64,000 nucleotides of DNA, taken from the NCBI GenBank assembly GCA_964433555.1, contig CAYSRG010000003.1, positions 80,954-144,953 of the forward strand. The letters run 5' to 3'. The notes below the pieces were generated by a model that searched no databases, was not told where the DNA came from, and was given only the letters and a program-made list of their open reading frames with translations. How positions within the stretch are numbered: the stretch's first letter is position 1; each line of letters begins with the position of its first letter. Origin of the DNA: an uncultured Atribacterota bacterium (GTDB lineage Bacteria > Atribacterota > Phoenicimicrobiia > Phoenicimicrobiales > Stramentimicrobiaceae). Shown here one piece after another: positions 20,984 through 30,215 of the stretch. A program made the position numbers and the translations under genes.

Positions 20984-21395
20984 TTTTAAATTCCTTTTTA
21001 ATATTTTTAAATTATATCCTTCTTCTCTTCTCTTCTTGAAAGGAAACCGGCTTGGTATAATTCTTTCTTAATTCTATTACTTTATTTAATTTTTGGAAGA
21101 TTTAGTTGCTTTCCTGGTATTCTTTCCATTAATCCAAGTAGACAAATACCTGTTTATGATACTATCTTAGAAAATCCTGAGTTTCCTTATTCCGGATAAC
21201 CTGTATCTTGGTTAAGGTTAACAGGATATTTTCCTGATAGGGAGAACTTTTCTGATTCTGAAATACCTTTGCGTAATCCAGATAGAGGAGAGGTGGGACA
21301 TTTTTTAGAGCTGCTCCATATATTTTTTCTCTGCTATAATTTAACTTTTGTTAATCTCTACATCTAATGTTACTTTCTTTTTTTATTTTTCAATG

Positions 21396-22796
21396 CTAAG
21401 TTGTTTTCTGACTTCTCTGATATTTTTCTTGTGCTTTTCTTGCTTTCTTTGTTCTCTCTTTACAGATTGGTCTGGATTTCCTATCCCAGTCAGCAGAAAG
21501 TTCATCCAAGAATTTACCAATGGAACCGGTTAAGACAGTTTCTGCCCCCTCATGAGTGGGATACGCGCCCGACTCTGCAACAATATCTCTTAGTTCTTGA
21601 GGATGATCAATAATAGGGCAGGGTGCCATCAAATTATCAGTAAAGGGTTGGTGTTTCTGGTAAGCCTGGAACAAAGGATTTCCTAATACTTCTTTCAAGC
21701 TCTTACCCTTGATGTTATCTACTGCAAAGTGAACAAAGGCACAGGGTTCCACCTCACCTTTGGCATTGATATGGAAGTATCTTCTTCCACCAGCAATGCA
21801 ACCACCAGAAAAGGTACCATCATTCCAGAAATCTGCCAGGAAGATAGGCTTTTTCACCCGTAATTCAGGAATTCGATATGCCAGCATAGCTCTCTGTTCG
21901 GGAGTAATCATCATATCAAAATCAGTATCTTTGCCAATGGGAATATAGTGGAAAGACCAACCATAGATGGCTCCCTTTTCTGCCATATGGTCAATAAAGT
22001 CATCAGTACCAAAAAGTTCTTCTGCATTCTGTTTGGTTACAGTAACGCTGATGCCAAAGATAACTCCTCTTTCCCGAAGCCGATCCATAGCGGCCATGAT
22101 TTTGTCGTAGGTGCCTACTCCTCGACGGGTATCAGTAGATTCTTTAAATCCCTCCAGGCTTATAGCCGGGCTGATATTGCCTACCTCAACCATCTTATCC
22201 GCCATCTCATCATCAATTAAGGTACCATTGGTGTACATCATAAATCCTACATCGGGATGTTTTTTAAAGATTTCAAAGAGATGTGGATACAGGGTAGGCT
22301 CTCCACCAGAAAGAACAATAAAATAAATGCCCATTTCCTTAGCATCCAAGATAATTCGGTCAATAGTATTTATATCCAAGCTATCACTCTTCTTATACTT
22401 ACCTGCCCAGCAACCTATGCAACTTAAATTACAGGCACTGGTAGGATCAATTAAGATAGTCCAGGGAACACCTACTCCTAATTCTTTCATTGCCTCATCC
22501 TGTCTGGGAATACCCATCAATCCCGCATTGACAAAGAAGTTCATAATCATACCATTCTTATAGCTAGGCGCAATTTTGGTAAGTTTGCGAACAAACTGCT
22601 GGAGAGCTGGATTAGTCTGATAGGCTTTTTTAATGGCAGTAATTTCTTCATGGTGTCTTTCTGTGCGAGCAACTTTATCAGCCAGGTTAAGTACCTTAAT
22701 GAGATTTTTCTCGGGATCTTTCTCCAGATAATGTATAGCTTGTTTGATAATCTGTTCAGCAGCAAATTTCTTGGCAAAGTTGAAATTAATACCCAT
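21396..22796 (-). CDS. radical SAM protein with SPASM/twitch-like C-terminus
   Basis: CNLSCIGC, SGGEP, YTNG, GCIAGG...EPCAF, PCPIID. Confidence 0.9.
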   Translation of the reverse strand: MGINFNFAKKFAAEQIIKQAIHYLEKDPEKNLIKVLNLADKVARTERHHEEITAIKKAYQTNPALQQFVRKLTKIAPSYKNGMIMNFFVNAGLMGIPRQDEAMKELGVGVPWTILIDPTSACNLSCIGCWAGKYKKSDSLDINTIDRIILDAKEMGIYFIVLSGGEPTLYPHLFEIFKKHPDVGFMMYTNGTLIDDEMADKMVEVGNISPAISLEGFKESTDTRRGVGTYDKIMAAMDRLRERGVIFGISVTVTKQNAEELFGTDDFIDHMAEKGAIYGWSFHYIPIGKDTDFDMMITPEQRAMLAYRIPELRVKKPIFLADFWNDGTFSGGCIAGGRRYFHINAKGEVEPCAFVHFAVDNIKGKSLKEVLGNPLFQAYQKHQPFTDNLMAPCPIIDHPQELRDIVAESGAYPTHEGAETVLTGSIGKFLDELSADWDRKSRPICKERTKKARKAQEKYQRSQKTT

Positions 22797-22857
22797 TTAA
22801 ACTCCCTCCTTTTCAGGGATTTTCCAAGATACTCTTAATCCCAAAAAAATTAATCCT

Positions 22858-23400
22858 CTATTTTATCTTATCAACCAATCGACAGATAAAGTTGATATTA
22901 TCCTCTTGTTCCTCTGGAAATTCCTGAGCAAAATCATAGATTGCCATTATCAATAAGCGAATTGTTCTGTCTTTATCTTTATCTGGAATGTCCAGGTCTT
23001 TCTTTTCTTCCGCTTTGTAAACTAGATTTCTAATTAATCCCAATAAACAATCCTTCATATGTTCAAAAAGTTCATGGTCAAGTTTTTCCCTTAAGATTAC
23101 CCTTCCCAGTTCTTTTAATCTTACAATCTCATTATATAAGGTAGCAATAAAGTTATATCTATCTTCTTTACTCTCTTCTATCATCTTATCCAGAACAGCA
23201 TAAGTCTGTTCCAGGCTCTGTCGGAAGACATTTAAGAATAAATCCTGTTTGTTAAGAAAGTAGTTATATAATGTCCCCACTGATAAACCTGCTTCTTGAG
23301 CAATCATTTTCATTGTAACCTGCTGGTATCCCTTCACTGTAAATAAATGAAAGGCTGCTTGATAAATCTTTTCTATTATTCCATCAATAAATTTTGGCAT
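22858..23400 (-). CDS. TetR/AcrR-family regulator
   Basis: LF..KGY.QVTMKMIAQEAGLSVGTLYNYF.NK HTH; ATG at 23400 preferred over TTG at 23415. Confidence 0.92.
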   Translation of the reverse strand: MPKFIDGIIEKIYQAAFHLFTVKGYQQVTMKMIAQEAGLSVGTLYNYFLNKQDLFLNVFRQSLEQTYAVLDKMIEESKEDRYNFIATLYNEIVRLKELGRVILREKLDHELFEHMKDCLLGLIRNLVYKAEEKKDLDIPDKDKDRTIRLLIMAIYDFAQEFPEEQEDNINFICRLVDKIK

Positions 23401-23421
23401 TTTGGTACCTACCAATTTTAA

Positions 23422-23479
23422 ATGAACTTATATTCACTGAATCTATGTTCATAATAATATAAAGAATAGATTTTGTCAA
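23422..23479 (-). promoter_or_regulatory. sigma70 promoter and inverted-repeat TetR operator
   Basis: TTGACA(23479-23474)-17-TATTAT(23456-23451); ATGAACTTATATTCA-C-TGAATCTATGTTCAT at 23422-23452 (15-bp arms, 2 mismatches). Confidence 0.75.
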
Positions 23480-23656
23480 GTCCGTTATCATTCTCGAATT
23501 AGTTTTTATAAAGAAGATATTTTAATACTGTGGGCAGAGCTGAAATACATTAGCAATTTTTCGTTCAGTAAGTCACCAGTTTAGTAATTAAAATGGTATT
23601 GAAATGCAATTTAACAAATATCAAATATATTATAAGTTTATATGAGAATAATTAGA

Positions 23657-23910
23657 TGAGATTGCCCCGATCTGCTTTCAGTAGTTTTCGCAATAACAAT
23701 CTTGGGATGTGTAATATCTCTTGCCTATTTTGCTTAGTTCATACCATTAATCGTTAAACAAGTTATTTGGATTTAATCTTAATCGTTTTAATAGGAAGAA
23801 GGTCAACACTACAAATATAAACTACTTATCTTTTTTCTACAAAAACTGAAAATAGAAAACTAAAAACTTTAATGTCACTGCTAGTGAATGAAGCGAGGGA
23901 AGCAGTCTCA
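23657..23910. repeat. inverted pair of REP-like elements with short tandem repeats
   Basis: TGAGATTGCC...TCGCAATAACA (23657-23698) and TGTCACTGCTAG...AAGCAGTCTCA (23873-23910); same family at 50406-50693. Confidence 0.6.
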
Positions 23911-23991
23911 TCTGGTTTTACCTGCATAAAATAAAACTGAAAGCTGAAAACTAGTTCTCTACGATTTTATCAATTACTAACTATAACGGTG

Positions 23992-25212
23992 CTACTCATA
24001 GCGCAACGCATCTACTGGATTCATCCGGGCAGCTTTCATAGCCGGATAGAGACCAAAAAAGATACCGATAAATAGGGCAAAACCAAAAGCCAGAATTACG
24101 GAGATGCCGGAAATCACCAGAGGCCAGTCCCCATATCGGGAAAGAAAGTAGGCAACGACCCAACCAAAACCGATGCCGGCTATCCCTCCTGCACTGCTCA
24201 AGCTTAATGATTCCATCAGAAACTGATATAATATATTTTTATTTTTGGCACCCAACGCTTTGCGGATACCTATCTCCCGGGTCCTTTCGCTAACTGATAC
24301 CAGCATGATATTCATAATGCCAATTCCACCGACCAGTAGAGAGATCGCTGCAATACCACCTAACATCAGGCTCATTGTCCTAGTGACAGAACTCATGGTA
24401 TCCAGAATTTCATCCTGACTCATAATCCGGAATTGTTCCCTGTTCTCGTCATCCAGGAATTTGACCATGAAATTTTCCAATTCCTTCACCGCATTGGAGG
24501 CCTTTTCAGAGGAGGCAGCCTGGACAATGTAGGACGAAACATAATGGCTGTTGGTCATTCGATCCATGGCAATGGATAAAGGTATATAGGCCTGATTATC
24601 CAGATTCCCGGCCATGGAGCCTCCCTTTTCTTCCATGACACCGACCACCTGAAACATGAATATTCTTCCCTGGTAATTCACTCTCACTTTTTGACCCACA
24701 GGATTATTCTTCTCAAAAAGGTCGGCAGCCAATTCTGAGCCCAGAATGATGACCTGACTTCTCTGTTCATGGTCCTGTTCAGTGATAAAACGGCCTTGTT
24801 CAATCTTATAATTATTCACTGCCATATAAGATGGATTCGTTCCTACGATACTGGCACTGACATTCACATCATTATAAATGAATAAACCACTGACTTGTTT
24901 GGTCGGGATGACGCTGCTGATGGAGGGGCAAAATTTTTCCATATATTCTGCCAACTCAAGAGAAAATTTTTCTTGAGAACTGCTGCCGCCGATTCTGCCA
25001 AATTGTCCTCTCGGTGTTCGGGGGTAAATGGTAATCATGTTAGAACCCAAATCAGCGATGCGCGAAGTTACGGATTGTGTCGAACCGGAGCCCACTGAGA
25101 CAATGGCAATGACCGCTCCGACCCCGATGACAATCCCCAGCATGGAGAGAAAACTGCGCATCTTGTTTGCCCATAGACTCTCCAGGGCAATCCTTAATCC
25201 CTGCAAAATCAT
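23992..25212 (-). CDS. MacB/FtsX-family ABC transporter permease
   Basis: [61 protein letters not shown]. Confidence 0.95.
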   Translation of the reverse strand: MILQGLRIALESLWANKMRSFLSMLGIVIGVGAVIAIVSVGSGSTQSVTSRIADLGSNMITIYPRTPRGQFGRIGGSSSQEKFSLELAEYMEKFCPSISSVIPTKQVSGLFIYNDVNVSASIVGTNPSYMAVNNYKIEQGRFITEQDHEQRSQVIILGSELAADLFEKNNPVGQKVRVNYQGRIFMFQVVGVMEEKGGSMAGNLDNQAYIPLSIAMDRMTNSHYVSSYIVQAASSEKASNAVKELENFMVKFLDDENREQFRIMSQDEILDTMSSVTRTMSLMLGGIAAISLLVGGIGIMNIMLVSVSERTREIGIRKALGAKNKNILYQFLMESLSLSSAGGIAGIGFGWVVAYFLSRYGDWPLVISGISVILAFGFALFIGIFFGLYPAMKAARMNPVDALRYE

Positions 25213-25898
25213 GCCACTACCTCATCCCTGTCAATCAGTCCGTCTTTCAGATGAATAATACGCCTGGCGTATTTTGCAATCTCCGCCTCATGGGTTACCA
25301 GAATGATCGTATTACCCCTTTCATGCAGCTTTTTGATCATATTCATAATATCCAATCCGGTTTTGGAATCCAGGTTACCGGTAGGCTCATCCGCCAGAAT
25401 AATAGAAGGATGGTTTACCAATGCCCTGGCTATTGCCACACGTTGACGCTGTCCGCCGGAAATTTCACTGGGACGATGCAGTATTCTGTTGCCCAATCCT
25501 ACTTCCTCCAGAGCCTGCCTGGCTAATTCCTGCCTCCGATGTGCCTTAACACCGGAATAAATCAAAGGAAGCTCTACATTCTTCAAATTGGTTGCCCTGG
25601 GTAACAGGTTAAACTGCTGAAAGACAAACCCGATCTTCCGGTTACGGAATAAAGCCAGCTGGTTATCATCTAATCGAGTCACGTCCTGACCGGCCAGGTA
25701 ATATTTGCCTTCCGTGGGGTAATCCAAACATCCGATGATATGCATCAGGGTTGATTTCCCCGATCCGGAAGGTCCCATGATAGATACAAACTCACTGCTA
25801 TCAATTTGAAATGAAATATCACGCAGTGCTTCAACTGTCACTTTGCCTAAATAGTAATTTTTCTTCAGATGTTCAACTCTGATAACTCGATCATTCAT
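25209..25898 (-). CDS. MacB/LolD-type ABC ATP-binding protein
   Basis: [26 protein letters not shown]. Confidence 0.95.
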   Translation of the reverse strand: MNDRVIRVEHLKKNYYLGKVTVEALRDISFQIDSSEFVSIMGPSGSGKSTLMHIIGCLDYPTEGKYYLAGQDVTRLDDNQLALFRNRKIGFVFQQFNLLPRATNLKNVELPLIYSGVKAHRRQELARQALEEVGLGNRILHRPSEISGGQRQRVAIARALVNHPSIILADEPTGNLDSKTGLDIMNMIKKLHERGNTIILVTHEAEIAKYARRIIHLKDGLIDRDEVVA

Positions 25899-25913
25899 CT
25901 CTCTATTCCCTTT

Positions 25914-26975
25914 TTAAGGTCTGATCATCGGCATCCCCATGTCGGGACCACCAAAACCCTGGTTACGGGGATTGACAGGTGAGGTCAGCTGATAATTGTT
26001 AACAATGATCCGGTCCCCTTCCTGTAAGCCCTCGGTGACTTCCTGATAATAGCCGTCACTGATGCCGGTTTTAACCGGTATGGGTTTAGCCTGATTGTTG
26101 TCAACCCTGATCACCATATCGCCCTGTTTCCCGTTTGCTATCGCAGTAACAGGAACGATGACCACATCTTCCGCCGAATGAACAATGATTTCTGCGGTAG
26201 CCGAAAATCCCGGTTTAAAATATGGAGATACTTCGTCCAATAAAATTGTCACCGGCACCGTTACCACACCGCTTTCGGTATTGGCATATTCCGATACTTT
26301 TGTCACGATACCATAAAAGATTTGACCTTTCAGAATATCTAATTCAATTTCCACCTTCTGACCGACTTCCACCTTCAGGCAATCCACTTCACTAACCGAC
26401 ACTTCAACCTCATAGGAAGTATCATCAATTAAGTAGATAACATCATTGCTGCCTTCGATAAAATCTCCCTTTTCTACGAATATTTCTACAATTTTACCGA
26501 AAAAAGGAGACTTTAAGGTTTTTGATTCATAATTCTCCCGGGCAACTTCCATGGTAAGTTGTTTTTCTTCAATGGTACTGGGAGAACTGCTGATTTTAGC
26601 CAGCTCGTATTCATTCTTTGCTTTAAGATAGGTCAAATGTTCCTGTTTATCTTCCAGTTTGACCAATGCCTGTCCCTGCTCAACTAGGTCCCCTGTTTCG
26701 ACAAAAATTTCTTGCACCGTACCTCCCGTTGTTCCGGTTGATGCAAAACTCAAATGTACCTGATTTTCCGGCTGAAGGTAACCACTGGTGGATACCTTTT
26801 CTTTGATGCTTCCTCTGGTGACTTCCACAGCAGTATCCAGGTCTATCTCTTCAGCAGAAATGTCTGAAACTGAACCTGCAACAGGATTGATTTTCTGTAG
26901 GAGGTAATCTTTGCTGAAGTATGCACCAACCGCTATTAACAGAATGATAAACAACCAGATAAACCATTTCTTCAT
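25914..26975 (-). CDS. MacA-like periplasmic adaptor (membrane fusion protein)
   Basis: N-terminal TM, lipoyl-like halves GTVQEIFVETGD / SPFFGKIVEIFVEKGD, V.TG.SDG...EV.EGL.EGD. Confidence 0.9.
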   Translation of the reverse strand: MKKWFIWLFIILLIAVGAYFSKDYLLQKINPVAGSVSDISAEEIDLDTAVEVTRGSIKEKVSTSGYLQPENQVHLSFASTGTTGGTVQEIFVETGDLVEQGQALVKLEDKQEHLTYLKAKNEYELAKISSSPSTIEEKQLTMEVARENYESKTLKSPFFGKIVEIFVEKGDFIEGSNDVIYLIDDTSYEVEVSVSEVDCLKVEVGQKVEIELDILKGQIFYGIVTKVSEYANTESGVVTVPVTILLDEVSPYFKPGFSATAEIIVHSAEDVVIVPVTAIANGKQGDMVIRVDNNQAKPIPVKTGISDGYYQEVTEGLQEGDRIIVNNYQLTSPVNPRNQGFGGPDMGMPMIRP

Positions 26976-26987
26976 GATCTTTTCACC

Positions 26988-28439
26988 TCAAATTTCTTCC
27001 CGCAGATAACCAATAAAATGGGCTAACTTCAAACGGTCCACAAACCACTGATCTTCAGCCTTTTTCATATTCATTTCCTTCTCTTTCAACGCCAGCAGTT
27101 CATTCTTCCATTGTGTCTCACTGATGGCTTCCTGCTGGTATTGCTTTTCCAGAATTTCAGCCTTATGCTGCTCCTTCTTTAGAATCAATAACTGAGTATC
27201 CAGATAAAGCCGGTTATATAGATCCTGATCTATCAACTGTTCCCCTTCCAATCTTAATTGTTCCTTCAAATAGGCAATACTGACTTCCTTTTGCTGAATA
27301 TTGGCCTTCTTCTGCTGCTCTTTGAGTTTCTGTGCACCGCCGTCTGCCAGGTTAACCGAAAAATCCACCATGGCAAACCAGTCACCGGGATACTGATAGC
27401 CACCGGAAAGATTCACCTTTGGTTTTCCCTCATCTTCCATCCATTCCAGTTCTTTCACCAATGCCTCCAACTCCACTTCGCTGTTCTTAATCCGGTAATG
27501 CTTCTTTTGGGCATCCGCAATGATTGCGAGCCGATCTATCTCATTGATTTTCAGGGATTCCATAAGTGAAAAAAGATTTTGGATAAAATCTGTTCCATCC
27601 CCGAAATAGACTATCGTATCCTCGGGTAGATTGAGGTTAAGAAACCATTGTTTTTTAGCCAGAGAAAGACCCTGCTCCTGGTTTACCAGTTGATTTTCGG
27701 CTTCCTCCAGGGCGATCTGCGCTTCTGTCTCCTGCTGGTATCCGCCCTCTCCCAATTCTATCTGTTTTCCGATCCTTGTCAATGTGTCTCTGGCCAGCGT
27801 TACTCGCTCCCGGGCAAGAATAACCTGTTCCTGAAGACGGATGACATTCAGATAACCCTGAACAAATTCAATCTGTTTTTCCATCTCTTCCCACTCTAAT
27901 TCTTCTAATTTCATCCTCAGGCTGTTTTTGATGTTGTAAACCTGTTTTTCATTTTCAGTCCAGGAATCAGGATAGACCTGTTTGGACAATTTGATATTGG
28001 CATTCATCTCGCTGGTTATCTTCCTGTAATCTGTCTGCATCAAATCATCTGTTTCCCATGCTATTTCCGTAGATAGATTAATATGATCTGAAAGTATCTT
28101 TGTTGCCGATAGACTTACTTCAGTAGAGGGTGAAAATGCATTATCATTCACTTCAACAGAATTCTCTCTGTTCTTTCCAAAATACCAGATGGGTGTGACA
28201 CTGAAATCCACCTGAAAGGATTGGGCAGCATCCAGAATTTCCAGATTCCGTTCCAGCTCAAGAAGACTGTTACGGATCGTATTCAGATCATAGTTGTTTT
28301 CAACACCCCATCGGATGGCTTCTTCCGGATTCATCTCTTTTGCCAGGATGCTCCCGCTGTATGAAACCAGTACCAGAATGACTATAATAGTAAAAAGAAT
28401 GATTTGATCAGGATATTTTAAATCAATAATTTTTCTCAT
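26988..28439 (-). CDS. TolC-family outer-membrane efflux protein
   Basis: signal peptide, long coiled-coil helices, P.VNLSGGY beta segment; operonic with MacAB-like genes. Confidence 0.8.
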   Translation of the reverse strand: MRKIIDLKYPDQIILFTIIVILVLVSYSGSILAKEMNPEEAIRWGVENNYDLNTIRNSLLELERNLEILDAAQSFQVDFSVTPIWYFGKNRENSVEVNDNAFSPSTEVSLSATKILSDHINLSTEIAWETDDLMQTDYRKITSEMNANIKLSKQVYPDSWTENEKQVYNIKNSLRMKLEELEWEEMEKQIEFVQGYLNVIRLQEQVILARERVTLARDTLTRIGKQIELGEGGYQQETEAQIALEEAENQLVNQEQGLSLAKKQWFLNLNLPEDTIVYFGDGTDFIQNLFSLMESLKINEIDRLAIIADAQKKHYRIKNSEVELEALVKELEWMEDEGKPKVNLSGGYQYPGDWFAMVDFSVNLADGGAQKLKEQQKKANIQQKEVSIAYLKEQLRLEGEQLIDQDLYNRLYLDTQLLILKKEQHKAEILEKQYQQEAISETQWKNELLALKEKEMNMKKAEDQWFVDRLKLAHFIGYLREEI

Positions 28440-29503
28440 GGTAAGACTCCTTTGTCTAAAGTTCCCATTAATCTGTGTAATTCCAGATATGCCTGATAAA
28501 CCTGCCGAACAGAGGAAATAAGACGGGATTGCGCATCCAGTACCCCGATAGTTGCTGAAAGTAATTCTTCATCCGTTCTTAATCCGGCCTGAACCTGTTG
28601 TCGAATCATGGATTCATTTTCCCTTATCTCTTCCAGGCTTTTCTGGCTTAAAGTGATCGCATTTTTGGCCTGGTTATACTTCAACCATTGTGTCTCAACC
28701 TGATCATCAAGATCATGCTGGGACAAAGATTTTTCCAGTTGAGCGATGGTAAAGTTATTCTCTAATTTTTTTATTTCTATTCCTGAATCATCGCTCACTC
28801 TTGCCTTTTCCAACTCCCTCTCCGCTTGATTGATTTTAAGGGATTGACTCTTTAAAGCAACACTGTTTTTACTGGCTTGTTGTATAGCTTCTTCCAGGTT
28901 TATTTCCGGAAATCCCGGTAAAGCCATTTCCGTTAAGCGGATATCCTGTTCGCGGGGAAGACCCAGTGAATTTTTGACTTCCATGATGAGCTGCTGATGG
29001 TTCAACATGCTTTCCTGGTAGGAAAAGAGGGCATCGTAATATTCATTCCCCTGTTGCAACAGATTAAGATCGATACTGTATCCTGCTGCGACCTGTTTTT
29101 CAACACTCTCCAGGATGATCTCCTCCAATTCTACATTTTGCTCCTGGCTTTCAATCTCCTTCTCAGCCATCAATAGACGAAAATAATCATCTACCACTTT
29201 GATGAATAGCTGGTCTTTTTCTAATTGAAATTGATTCTGTTGTCCTAAGAGTGTTATTTCTTTTTGTAAATCAGATAGAGTCGATTCCGAAAGCAGATTT
29301 TCTGCTTCCATCTTCTGAACTTCCAGCCTGGTATTTTCCAGCTGAACAAGGGCAATTTTAAAATCCAGGTTATTTAAAACAGCCAGCTCGATCATCCGGG
29401 AAGGTCCCAGTGTAACCGGCTCTTGCGCCGAGGCCTGCAATCTCCCGATACCACTTAGAAAGATTAAAAAAAAGCATCCTATTAGAAAGAATTGTTTCTT
29501 CAT
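28436..29503 (-). CDS. short TolC-family protein
   Basis: signal peptide; two OEP-like repeats (A..NN..., V...YF.LL, Q..AG...); 4-bp overlap with the next gene. Confidence 0.75.
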   Translation of the reverse strand: MKKQFFLIGCFFLIFLSGIGRLQASAQEPVTLGPSRMIELAVLNNLDFKIALVQLENTRLEVQKMEAENLLSESTLSDLQKEITLLGQQNQFQLEKDQLFIKVVDDYFRLLMAEKEIESQEQNVELEEIILESVEKQVAAGYSIDLNLLQQGNEYYDALFSYQESMLNHQQLIMEVKNSLGLPREQDIRLTEMALPGFPEINLEEAIQQASKNSVALKSQSLKINQAERELEKARVSDDSGIEIKKLENNFTIAQLEKSLSQHDLDDQVETQWLKYNQAKNAITLSQKSLEEIRENESMIRQQVQAGLRTDEELLSATIGVLDAQSRLISSVRQVYQAYLELHRLMGTLDKGVLP

Positions 29504-29578
29504 CCACTTCCTCCTTTAAGTTACAGCTAAACGATGCGTGCTGAATCCCTTAAATCTTATGATCTTGTGCTGCTTTTC

Positions 29579-29632
29579 ATTATAGTGGGTAAATTTAAAA
29601 AATGCTTAAACAAAATCTTAAATTTTTATAAA
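29579..29632 (-). promoter_or_regulatory. four direct-repeat boxes plus -10 of the efflux operon
   Basis: minus strand TTTATA-4-TTTAAG-6-TTTAAG-5-TTTAAA-9-TATAAT with no canonical -35. Confidence 0.65.
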
Positions 29633-29647
29633 AAATAGATCTTCTGG

Positions 29648-29695
29648 TTGACAAACAGGAAATCCCTTCTATAATATATTTAGCTGGCTAAATAT
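29648..29695 (+). promoter_or_regulatory. sigma70 promoter and MarR operator
   Basis: TTGACA(29648)-16-TATAAT(29670); perfect inverted repeat ATATTTAGC-TG-GCTAAATAT at 29676-29695. Confidence 0.8.
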
Positions 29696-29703
29696 TAAGA
29701 GAG

Positions 29704-30153
29704 ATGAAAGCATCTGTCATGATCAAAAGTGAAACCAGAGATATTCCCAGACTCATTATGGGCATCGGTCATCATTTAAAGTTGCGCCTGGACAAGAGAC
29801 TGAGTCAAAACAACCTGACCATCTCCCAGTTCAAAGTATTGGCCTACTTATGGGAACATCATCAACAGAAAGTCAATCAAAAACAGATTCATGATTTTCT
29901 GGAAATTAAACCCTCTTCAATGACCAAACTGATCAGATTATTACAGGCAAAGGATTTAATTCAAAAAGAGGTTGATCCGGATGATCCCAGGAATAAAATC
30001 ATCAAAATCACAGCAGCCGGTATGGAGATCAAAAAGATCTGCCTGCATCATATGAAACAATCTGAAAACTATCTTCTAAAAGACTTTTCGGAACAGGAAA
30101 TGGATACATTCTATGATTTGTTACTCAGGATAAAGGAAAAAATCCGATCTTAA
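29704..30153 (+). CDS. MarR-family regulator
   Basis: LTISQFKVL.YL, SSMT.LI..L..K.LI, DP.DPR.K.I.IT..G. Confidence 0.92.
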   Translation: MKASVMIKSETRDIPRLIMGIGHHLKLRLDKRLSQNNLTISQFKVLAYLWEHHQQKVNQKQIHDFLEIKPSSMTKLIRLLQAKDLIQKEVDPDDPRNKIIKITAAGMEIKKICLHHMKQSENYLLKDFSEQEMDTFYDLLLRIKEKIRS

Positions 30154-30215
30154 TTATCTAGATGGTGACATAAATCGAAGCAGGAACAGAGCAATACGGA
30201 AAAAGGAGCATTGAA

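Noticed and set aside
29538-29575. GCTGAATCCCTTAA resembling the start of a c-di-AMP (ydaO) riboswitch
   Set aside because: Downstream conserved GGAGGAACC/GGGGTGAAT elements are absent and it is antisense to the gene whose leader it occupies
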